DNA of 64,000 nucleotides from a virus. Its lineage: Duplodnaviria; Heunggongvirae; Uroviricota; Caudoviricetes. The notes under the pieces were generated by a model. The model saw nothing but the letters and a program-made list of their open reading frames with translations. It had not been told where the DNA came from and did not search any database. A program made the translations under genes and the position numbers. Shown one piece after another: positions 16,413 through 24,013 of this stretch (positions are counted from its first letter, which is position 1; each line of letters opens with the position of its first letter). The stretch is taken from IMG/VR virus record IMGVR_UViG_3300037466_002980, positions 160,001 to 224,000 of that record; one strand, written 5' to 3'.

Positions 16413-16729
16413 ACCTTACCTTTCAGATAATTAGCAGTATCCTCTTCATCAATTTCATCATATTGTGGAATATCGGGATCTTTTCTTCCCAATTCCCACC
16501 GTCTAATTTTTTCATGATATATGGTTCGTTGATTTGCAATATATGCAAGATCTACTTTCTTTTCGTACGTCGAAGAAAATTCAACCTGTCTGTTATCTTT
16601 ATTAGATTGAAGTAAATTATAGTAAAAGGTAATATCAACTTCACCATCATGTGTGTTGAGTTTAAAATTTTCAGAAATTATTTTTACTAATTTCCATTTT
16701 TCTTTTTCAAATCTTTTAAATATCGACAT
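16409..16729 (-). CDS. Hypothetical protein, paralog 1
   Basis: Tandem paralog of 16107-16412. Confidence 0.75.
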   Translation of the reverse strand: MSIFKRFEKEKWKLVKIISENFKLNTHDGEVDITFYYNLLQSNKDNRQVEFSSTYEKKVDLAYIANQRTIYHEKIRRWELGRKDPDIPQYDEIDEEDTANYLKGKV

Positions 16730-16734
16730 ATTTT

Positions 16735-16808
16735 TGGTGCGGGTACCGGGAATCGAACTCGAGACTTCTGTTTGGAAGACAAATGTTATACCACTTAACT
16801 ATACACGC
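16735..16808 (-). tRNA. tRNA-Gly(TCC)
   Basis: Loop CT-TCC-AA, GCG start. Confidence 0.85.
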
Positions 16809-16820
16809 ATTAATTTAGAA

Positions 16821-16999
16821 TGTCAACTATGATTAATTTGCTTTCTTTCGCCACCTATTCCGTCGAAACGGTTTGGACTTACACCATGCTGATAGGCTAT
16901 TGCATTATTGCCGGAAGAATTTGAACCATTATCCTGAGCGAAATACTCTGTCGATAGTAATCAGCTATCCTAGCAAATCAAAAAATAATTATAGTCACA
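16821..16999 (-). ncRNA. Unidentified ~180-nt structured RNA
   Basis: Nested pairings GACTAT/ATAGTT, ATTTGCT/AGCAAAT, GCTGAT/ATCAGC. Confidence 0.45.
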
Positions 17000-17139
17000 T
17001 GGAAGATTTGATATCATGGCGTCCCAAGTATCATCACATTACCACTTACGTCTTCACTATGTAGAACTTCTCCAACACGTAGAGCTTCACACATAGGAGT
17101 AGAACCATATGACTCACTAGGAGCTACCTAATAGAAAAC

Positions 17140-17262
17140 TGGTCTCGCCTGAGGGAATCGAACCCCCTCCTCTCCCTTCTGATGGAATTGAAATTTAGTG
17201 CTGAACGAATTCTTAGACAGAATTGCTTTCGTTTAGCGTGCTAGCCGTTACACCAAGGCGAA
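17140..17262 (-). ncRNA. 123-nt tRNA-like RNA with CAGCA-stem module inserted in the anticodon arm
   Basis: Normal acceptor, D, T and ACCA; insert AATTCTG-TCTA-AGAATT-CGTT-CAGCAC; loop AT-CAG-AA. Confidence 0.7.
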
Positions 17263-17267
17263 AAATA

Positions 17268-17329
17268 TGGCAGGCCCTCATGAATCCGAGTATAAGGTTT
17301 TGGACATCATAGTGACATCGGGAGCGCCT
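17268..17329 (-). ncRNA. Small CCA-ended stem RNA
   Basis: AGGCGCTC/GAGGGCCT-GCCA, no T loop. Confidence 0.45.
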
Positions 17330-17342
17330 ATAAAATCATTAC

Positions 17343-17418
17343 TGGTAGGGGCACTGGGACTCGAACCCAAGAACTCACGGTTTAAGAGACCGGTACGTTA
17401 CCATTACGCCATACCCCC
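17343..17418 (-). tRNA. tRNA-Lys(CTT)
   Basis: Loop CT-CTT-AA, ACCA. Confidence 0.88.
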
Positions 17419-17488
17419 AAATCGAAATAGCGGCTTTCAAGACCGGTTTCAATAAATTTTGCAAATTTAATATATTTCGATCAAAAAT

Positions 17489-17567
17489 TGGCGTCCCTAC
17501 GGGGATTCGAACCCACGCTTTTTACCTTGAAAGGGTAACGTCCTCAAACCATATAGACGATAGAGAC
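17489..17567 (-). tRNA. tRNA-Glu(TTC)
   Basis: TTACC-CTTTCAA-GGTAA, GCCA. Confidence 0.9.
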
Positions 17568-17578
17568 AAGAAAAATAT

Positions 17579-17653
17579 TGGCATCCCGTAGGGGTTTCGA
17601 TCCTTCTCATTAGTTTGAAGGACTAACGGCCACGGCCAGCTGCCTCACGGGAT
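17579..17653 (-). tRNA. Atypical tRNA-Glu-like (C33, G8, A54)
   Basis: TTAGT-CCTTCAA-ACTAA; perfect acceptor ATCCCGT/ACGGGAT-GCCA. Confidence 0.65.
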
Positions 17654-17654
17654 A

Positions 17655-17954
17655 TTAAGGAATATAATCGAAAGGTCTATGATACTGATCTTTTCGATTA
17701 TCCATATAATTCATTATAAAAATTTGTGGAATTATGTGCATTCCTGGATCAAGTCGAAGTTTGAAAAATTCTAAACAGTCGTTCTCTTTTAATTCAACCT
17801 CAAAAATATTTCCATCAAAAATTCTAGCCAGAGAGTTATATCGAAATTCTATTTTCTTAACACCTAATCTTATTCTTGTTTTTTCGTAATCCGGCCAGTC
17901 ATCGGCGGGATAATTAACCGAAATTTCAATACCGATATATAAAATTCTAGACAT
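17655..17954 (-). CDS. Hypothetical protein
   Basis: ORF fills gap between tRNAs. Confidence 0.6.
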   Translation of the reverse strand: MSRILYIGIEISVNYPADDWPDYEKTRIRLGVKKIEFRYNSLARIFDGNIFEVELKENDCLEFFKLRLDPGMHIIPQIFIMNYMDNRKDQYHRPFDYIP

Positions 17955-17968
17955 GGTTGAATTATTAA

Positions 17969-18043
17969 TGGTGCTCCCGAAAGGAATCGAACCTTACGTC
18001 TTCGCGTTATCAGCACGCTGCTCTGCCATTGAGCTACAGGAGC
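17969..18043 (-). tRNA. tRNA-Ile(GAT)
   Basis: Loop CT-GAT-AA, ACCA. Confidence 0.9.
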
Positions 18044-18058
18044 AAAATTAAAATAGGA

Positions 18059-18195
18059 CAGGATCACTTTTTACGTTGCTCTACCAAACTGAGCTATTGC
18101 TTCGTTAAATGTAACAAAAATACACTTAACGAAGCAAGTGGGATTTGAACCCACGACCTACGGCTTGACATGCTAATGATTGCTGCAGGGATCCT
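18059..18195 (-). ncRNA. CAGCAA-stem RNA copy E, YrlA-like permuted tRNA mimic
   Basis: AGGATC-CCTG-CAGCAA, loop AT-GTC-AA, T arm, closed acceptor TTGCTTCGTTAA/TTAACGAAGCAA, D arm GCTC/GAGC, GATCCTG. Confidence 0.75.
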
Positions 18196-18203
18196 TTAAA
18201 AAC

Positions 18204-18278
18204 TGGTCAGGGAGCACAGAATCGAACTGTGTCTACGAGGCTCCAAAGCTCGGCGGCTAACCATTACCATACACCCTG
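18204..18278 (-). tRNA. tRNA-Pro(TGG)
   Basis: Loop TT-TGG-AG, C1:G72, A73. Confidence 0.85.
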
Positions 18279-18375
18279 AAAAACTTTGGTAGATTATATA
18301 CGCCATCATACCGGGGCAATTATCTAATGTAATAATGCAGATTGGAATAGGAAGTCTTTCTATATTACATCTAAC

Positions 18376-18453
18376 TGGAGCTCCCAGAAGGAATCAAACC
18401 TTCATCCACGGACTACAAAACCGTTATAATCTAATCCATTATACTATAGGAGC
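18376..18453 (-). tRNA. tRNA-Thr(TGT)
   Basis: Loop TT-TGT-AG, TCCA. Confidence 0.8.
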
Positions 18454-18460
18454 AAAAAGT

Positions 18461-18536
18461 TGGCGCCGCCAAGGAGGATCGAACTCCTACTACAACCGTG
18501 ACAGGGTCGCGTGCAGTACCACTACACTATGGCGGC
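18461..18536 (-). tRNA. tRNA-Asp(GTC)
   Basis: Loop CT-GTC-AC, GCCA. Confidence 0.9.
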
Positions 18537-18540
18537 AAAT

Positions 18541-18585
18541 TGGTCTAGGTATCCAGTATATTTCTATAGTAACCAGGTAACCCAG
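18541..18585 (-). ncRNA. CCA-ended minihelix with G3:U70/A73
   Basis: CTGGGT...ACCTAG-ACCA hairpin, GAAA loop. Confidence 0.45.
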
Positions 18586-18712
18586 ATGAAATTAGACAAG
18601 CTTCACACTTGATTGAACGTTCCATTCGCTTACTGCAACGTCTAAGCTTCGCTCGGTTTCTCTCGCGCCTTTAACATTCTAGCAAGCGCGGCTATGTACA
18701 CAGAGAGAAATT

Positions 18713-18788
18713 TGGTGGACCAGGAGGGAATCGAACCCTACTTACAATTTCCTTGCAAGGGAAACCAGTAACCCCATTACTCAAGCCC
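18713..18788 (-). tRNA. tRNA-Ala(TGC), reduced D arm
   Basis: TTTCC-CTTGCAA-GGAAA, G3:U70, ACCA. Confidence 0.8.
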
Positions 18789-18795
18789 ATAATTC

Positions 18796-18880
18796 TGGTG
18801 GAGTAGCTAGGAATCGAACCTAGATGATCAGTGATGACAGTTTTACAGACTGCCCCGCCTCCATAACGGTCTACTACTCC
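18796..18880 (-). tRNA. tRNA-Tyr(GTA)
   Basis: Loop CT-GTA-AA, long variable arm, ACCA. Confidence 0.9.
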
Positions 18881-19085
18881 AAAACACTCTTTCGAATGTT
18901 GATATTAAAATACACCATTTTTGATATATTTTAATATCCTAGATTTTTACCACCTACGTTATCTCCATAGGCTTCTCATCTTCTAGTACGCCCTCATTAA
19001 TAGCTAGATGTTTTTACGGTGCCTGGCAGGATCGCGTTTCCTATACACACCGTCCATAATACGTCCTTAGACTTAACATGGAAAT

Positions 19086-19174
19086 AAAAAAGCCGCTTAG
19101 TTTCCTAGCGGCTTCCTTATATAAACTTTCTAGATTTACTTTATGTATTTCTAGTCTCCTTATATAAGGAAGCC
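19086..19174 (-). promoter_or_regulatory. Attenuator: terminator (19114-19086) competing with antiterminator (19174-19159 paired to 19125-19110)
   Basis: AAGCCGCTAG-GAAA-CTAAGCGGCTTTTTT; GGCTTCCTTATATAAG complementary to TTTATATAAGGAAGCC. Confidence 0.85.
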
Positions 19175-19290
19175 TTGGTAGGGTTTTGTTCAATCTCTGT
19201 ACTATTACCTGCCCAATAAAATCCACAGAGATGCATACGATCTAACATCGCATCTACTGTCGGTTTATTAAAACGGTTAATGTAATTCAT
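19141..19290 (-). CDS. 49-aa leader peptide containing all 20 amino acids (not in ORF track)
   Basis: SD AGGA; MNYINRFNKPTVDAMLDRMHLCGFYWAGNSTEIEQNPTKASLYKETRNT*. Confidence 0.8.
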   Translation of the reverse strand: MNYINRFNKPTVDAMLDRMHLCGFYWAGNSTEIEQNPTKASLYKETRNT

Positions 19291-19338
19291 TTTATTCCTA
19301 AAAACTCTCTACTGCACAGACCCATTCTATGCAATGTT

Positions 19339-19378
19339 TATTTATCTCAATTGTAGCAAACGTTTTAATCTACGTCAA
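19339..19378 (-). promoter_or_regulatory. Promoters for the tRNA array: sigma70 plus late-type GATAAATA
   Basis: TTGACG-17 nt-TACAAT with extended TG (19378-19350); GATAAATA at 19346-19339. Confidence 0.75.
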
Positions 19379-19712
19379 CTATATCAAGATGATTTACAAT
19401 TAATTCTGGCTACTTAAAAGTTATAGAAAATCTGCTAAGTTACAACGGTTATCTTCTGTAAACAGATATATATTCGCCTTCAATTTTATTTATCATCGAC
19501 GATTTTACACATACTTAATATAGGTGTCAAATCGCATCTTTTATTGTTTTAGATAGGTGCCGATCCACTATCAATTTATATCGGATGTTAAGTTTTCTTC
19601 TATTCATCACCATAAAACAATATCGCAATTATATATAATTAATTCAGTGTGTCAAGTGGTTTATCAATTTCCAATATTTATCAATGTGATAAATAATAGA
19701 AAATGAGGTAAT

Positions 19713-20369
19713 ATGAATAATTTCTATGTGTATGCTTATATCCGAAGTAAAGATAGCAAAACTGCGAAAGCAGGCACACCATATTATATTGGAAAAGGAA
19801 CTGAAAATCGAAGGTTTCGAAAACATGTCAACATATCAATACCTAACAAAAATTTTATTCTTATAATTGAAAATGATCTTACTGAAATTGGTGCATTAGC
19901 TATAGAACGTAGATTAATTAAATGGTGGGGAAGAAAGAATACAGGAACAGGCATTCTTCTAAATAGAACAGATGGTGGTGAAGGAATCTCTGGTTATAAG
20001 CATACAGAAAATGCTAAAAATAGAATCGGTCAGGCATCTATAGGCAGAAATAAGGGACCAAAAATACTCTCAAACGAAACAAAAAGAAAAATATCGACTT
20101 CATTGAAAGGAAAGAAAAAGCCACCAAGGACAAAAGAACATGCTTTGAAAATATCAGAAGCACTCAAAGGAAAAATTTGCAATGACCTCGAAATTGAACA
20201 ACTAAACAAAATGGTTGAAAAAATTAAGGTTCCTGTTCAAATCTTCGGAAAACAATATTCATCGATAACCGAAGCATCCTTGGCCTTAAATATACATCAT
20301 GAAACGATAAGATATAGATTAAAATCCAAAAATTATCCAGAATATATACAAGAGAAAAAAAATGCCTAG
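19713..20369 (+). CDS. Free-standing GIY-YIG homing endonuclease with NUMOD3-like repeats
   Basis: YVYAY...YYIGKG...R; LNRTDGGEG; HTE..K.KIS repeats. Confidence 0.85.
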   Translation: MNNFYVYAYIRSKDSKTAKAGTPYYIGKGTENRRFRKHVNISIPNKNFILIIENDLTEIGALAIERRLIKWWGRKNTGTGILLNRTDGGEGISGYKHTENAKNRIGQASIGRNKGPKILSNETKRKISTSLKGKKKPPRTKEHALKISEALKGKICNDLEIEQLNKMVEKIKVPVQIFGKQYSSITEASLALNIHHETIRYRLKSKNYPEYIQEKKNA

Positions 20370-21615
20370 AATATCCTTATGGAATCCTCAAAAAACAAAT
20401 GATTATAATTTCATCGATAAAACAATCGGTGAAAATTTCAGAATTGCTGGATTAGGAATTCTTGTTCATATGTATCAAGGTCCTACAACTGATTCAAACG
20501 GAAACACAAATACATCTTTAACAACCATTCAAGATGTTCTTTTCCTACAAAACAACAATAGAAAATATGATCCAAACGTTATTGAATTAAAGGGTCATTA
20601 CACTCCGCAAGATGTTAATTTTGATTTATCACAATTTGGAGTCTTCTTAAGTTCTGATGTTATCCGAATCCAATTTCATTTTAATGATATGATAGATGCA
20701 TTAGGAAGAAAACTCATTGCAGGTGATGTCTTAGAACTACCAAATATGTTTGATACTCCTATTTTCGATAATGCCGTTGGAATTAATCAATATTATGTTA
20801 TTCAGGATGCATTATATGCTGCTGGAGGCTATGGCCAAAAATGGTATCCACACTTATGGTTGGTAAGAGCAAAACTTCTACAAGCATCTCCGGAATACAA
20901 AGAAATCCTTAATCAAGCATCAACAGGACAAACTGCTGGTGGTGCAGGTCAAAGTATTGGAATTATGCCAGAGGGATTTACAGATACAACAGATTCAAAT
21001 GGAAATCCAGGTATAGGAGAAAATCCGAATATTACGAATTCATTAAACTTGTTCTGCCAAATTATTGGTCTCACTGATGAAATTATCAAAGAAGCTGAGT
21101 GCAATGCATTTTTTGATCCTAAATTCTTTGAGAGTGCAAATTTATATATATACATTGATTCAAACACCGGTTATCCAGTAATCGGAAGTAATTATTTCAG
21201 TGGTGACGGTGCACCACCTAATTATTCTACCGACCTAAATGATGATCTAGTTCCTAGTGGACCATTGGTTGGTGCAGGCATTAGTTTTCCGACCGATATG
21301 CAAGATGGACAATATTATTTAAGAATTGATTATTATCCAGAAAGATTATTTCAAAAGCAAGGAAATTGTTTTAAATTAATTGAGGTAAACGTTTTGAAAA
21401 ATTGGACTGCATACAACAGAGTATTGGATACATTTATCGATAATATCAATGATACAACTCTTTCAGATGGAACTGTTGTTCCAGAAAAACAAGCTGTTTC
21501 GACAATTGTTAAACAGAAGGTTGATCTGTATGCTGAGAGAAAGAAACAAACAACCGATAACGAAGCTGCTAGATCTAAGATTGCCGATGATAGAGCTGCC
21601 AATCGCGGTTATTAA
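20362..21615 (+). CDS. Neck/head completion protein (gp14-like)
   Basis: LSQFG..L..D and GDVLELP patterns; position before tail terminator. Confidence 0.6.
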   Translation: MPRISLWNPQKTNDYNFIDKTIGENFRIAGLGILVHMYQGPTTDSNGNTNTSLTTIQDVLFLQNNNRKYDPNVIELKGHYTPQDVNFDLSQFGVFLSSDVIRIQFHFNDMIDALGRKLIAGDVLELPNMFDTPIFDNAVGINQYYVIQDALYAAGGYGQKWYPHLWLVRAKLLQASPEYKEILNQASTGQTAGGAGQSIGIMPEGFTDTTDSNGNPGIGENPNITNSLNLFCQIIGLTDEIIKEAECNAFFDPKFFESANLYIYIDSNTGYPVIGSNYFSGDGAPPNYSTDLNDDLVPSGPLVGAGISFPTDMQDGQYYLRIDYYPERLFQKQGNCFKLIEVNVLKNWTAYNRVLDTFIDNINDTTLSDGTVVPEKQAVSTIVKQKVDLYAERKKQTTDNEAARSKIADDRAANRGY

Positions 21616-21629
21616 AGGAACTTTTAAAA

Positions 21630-23078
21630 TTGGATTTCTTTTACGATTCTCAAATAAGACGATATCTTGTTCAATTTATGAGAATTTTCTCTGATATGAA
21701 AATTCGAATTGGACCGGATGCCAATGGACTTTTTTCTATACAGAGAGTTCCAATTTTATATGGTGATCCATCATGGATGGTTTCACAATTAATTAAAGGA
21801 GCAAGTCAAAATACATTGCTTCCTTCTCCAATGTTTAGTGTATGGATTGAAAATATTAAACACGAACCAAAGAGAAGACAAGATCCACAATATGTTGGTA
21901 AGGTTTCTACAGTAGAAAGAAGTTATAATTATCAAACAGATACCTACGGACAGGACCCTGGTGTACGACAAGATGTTGAAAGATACATGCCTGTACCATA
22001 CGATATGTTTTTTAGATTAGATGTATGGACAACAAATACAACCATTAAATTACAAATTTTTGAACAGATTTGTATGATATTTAATCCTTCATTACAACTC
22101 CAACAAAATAGTAATCTTTTAGATTGGACAAGTATTTTTGAGGTTTGGCTAGAAGATGTTATTTGGACAAATAGAAGTATTCCACAAGGTTCCGATGATA
22201 CTCGTGATGTGATGAGCTTTAAATTTAAGATACAAGGATGGATTAATCCTCCAGCCAAATTAAAACGAAGTGGTCTAATCGCAGAAATAGTTACGCAGGT
22301 TTTTAACACCAGTGAAGTCCAGAGTATTCGTGATAGTATCGAAGAAGGTATCGAATACGATCCATTTAGTTGTTTAGATCAAATTCCAATTCAAATTATT
22401 ACAACCGAAGGGGATTATAAGATTTCGGTTGCGAAGGGAAATTCCTCTGATCTAATTACTCTCTTAAACGAAAATGGAGAAATAGATCCAACACTAAGTT
22501 GGCCAGATTTAATCCAAAAATACGGACAGATCACACCTAATATTACAAAAATAAGATTGAAATTAGATCCGAATATTGAGGTAGATACTTCTGATATTAT
22601 TGGAACAATAAGTCAAGATCCTAATCATCAAAACATTTTATTCTTTACACCCGATATAGATACATTACCACCTACGACACTTACACCTATCACAACAATT
22701 ATTGATCCTGTTGAAGTTACACCGGGAAATGGATTACCTGCTGCTACCGCTGGACAACGTTATCTATTAACATCAGCCGACAGTGCGGGTGAAGAACCTG
22801 CAATTCCTCCAAATGTATCAACAAGTCCATGGGGACAGATGCTGATTGCCTATCCAAATGACATTATCGAATATAATGGTATAAATTGGTTTGTTGCTTT
22901 TGATTCAAGAAATTCTATTGGAAAAAATTATGTTATAAATAATGCAAACGGTAGTCAATATATGTTTGACGGTAAAGACTGGACATATACCTATTATGGC
23001 ATGTATAATCCAGGCTACTGGAGAATTGATAATATCATTTCTGCACCAAACGGAACTACAGTTAACAATTACGAATAA
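21630..23078 (+). CDS. Tail terminator/sheath stabiliser (gp15-like)
   Basis: FFYDSQIRRY..QF, VPILYG, PVPY, QIFEQI...FNP. Confidence 0.75.
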   Translation: MDFFYDSQIRRYLVQFMRIFSDMKIRIGPDANGLFSIQRVPILYGDPSWMVSQLIKGASQNTLLPSPMFSVWIENIKHEPKRRQDPQYVGKVSTVERSYNYQTDTYGQDPGVRQDVERYMPVPYDMFFRLDVWTTNTTIKLQIFEQICMIFNPSLQLQQNSNLLDWTSIFEVWLEDVIWTNRSIPQGSDDTRDVMSFKFKIQGWINPPAKLKRSGLIAEIVTQVFNTSEVQSIRDSIEEGIEYDPFSCLDQIPIQIITTEGDYKISVAKGNSSDLITLLNENGEIDPTLSWPDLIQKYGQITPNITKIRLKLDPNIEVDTSDIIGTISQDPNHQNILFFTPDIDTLPPTTLTPITTIIDPVEVTPGNGLPAATAGQRYLLTSADSAGEEPAIPPNVSTSPWGQMLIAYPNDIIEYNGINWFVAFDSRNSIGKNYVINNANGSQYMFDGKDWTYTYYGMYNPGYWRIDNIISAPNGTTVNNYE

Positions 23079-23082
23079 CTAA

Positions 23083-23535
23083 ATGACCAATTTCAATACT
23101 TCACAAAAAATAGGAGTGGGAACAATTTTTGTTTCGACCAAAACTCAACGCATACTTCTGAATCTTAGAGCACCCCATAAAACACATTCGATGTGTTGGT
23201 CATTATGGGGCGGTATGGTGGAACAAGGTGAACAACCTAAGGAAGCACTTCTCCGAGAATTATCAGAGGAAATGGGATCTATTCCGGATATTGAACGAAT
23301 TTATCCCTTTGATATCTATCATAGCAAGGATAAACATTTTCGATATTATACTTTCGTATGTGTCGTTGAAGAGGAATTTATTCCGGAATTAAATATTGAA
23401 AGTGCTGGTTATGCATGGATTGACTTAGGACAATGGCCAAAACCAATGCATCAAGGGGCTAAAATTAGTTTCTGCAATCTCAAAGCAATTGAAAAGATAA
23501 AATTAATTATCAATCAACATTCGAATTCTCAATAA
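23083..23535 (+). CDS. NUDIX hydrolase
   Basis: GG..E.GE....A..RE..EE.G box. Confidence 0.92.
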   Translation: MTNFNTSQKIGVGTIFVSTKTQRILLNLRAPHKTHSMCWSLWGGMVEQGEQPKEALLRELSEEMGSIPDIERIYPFDIYHSKDKHFRYYTFVCVVEEEFIPELNIESAGYAWIDLGQWPKPMHQGAKISFCNLKAIEKIKLIINQHSNSQ

Positions 23536-24013
23536 GATATACAGGTTTATCTAATTCTTGCTGAACAAACTTAACCAGATTTGACGGAGTAGCTGATACC
23601 GAAATATCTATTCCAGCTTTTTCGTACACCGCCTGCACATATCTTGCACATTCCCAAAGATTATCATCAATATCTAAATCTAGAAAAGACTCAATTGCTT
23701 GTATCTGAGAATATTTTTCACCGATTATAGACATTGCATATTCTTCGATATCAGGTGTCCAATTAATTTCCATCGGAACATGATAAAAGTCTCCTAATTT
23801 AGATAAAGGAAAAATTCTCACTAACGGAACCACAGCTTCCAAACAAAATACTCGTCCACCGGTTACCCATGCTATTCCAACATGCGAATATTCTGATTTT
23901 GTAAAAATTCTAACTGCTTGAACTTTTATATCGTGCCAAGATTTCCAACCAGCATGAGAGAATGCTAGGAGATCACCAGATTTGATATTAGTTCGTATAT
24001 CAGAATATTTCAT
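23510..24013 (-). CDS. Permuted papain-like NlpC/P60 (YaeF/YiiX) enzyme
   Basis: GD, SHVG, downstream Cys, TP motif order. Confidence 0.75.
   Translation of the reverse strand: MKYSDIRTNIKSGDLLAFSHAGWKSWHDIKVQAVRIFTKSEYSHVGIAWVTGGRVFCLEAVVPLVRIFPLSKLGDFYHVPMEINWTPDIEEYAMSIIGEKYSQIQAIESFLDLDIDDNLWECARYVQAVYEKAGIDISVSATPSNLVKFVQQELDKPVYLIENSNVD

Noticed and set aside
17579-17653. Opal (UCA) suppressor tRNA
   Set aside because: The 5-bp stem centres TTC; reading UCA would need a 2-nt bulge
6875-18195. CRISPR array
   Set aside because: Repeated elements are dispersed, vary in sequence and are conserved in structure rather than as identical direct repeats; no cas genes
19041-19226. 61-aa ORF from the track
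   Set aside because: No SD, runs through the terminator, and overlaps the better-supported leader ORF in another frame
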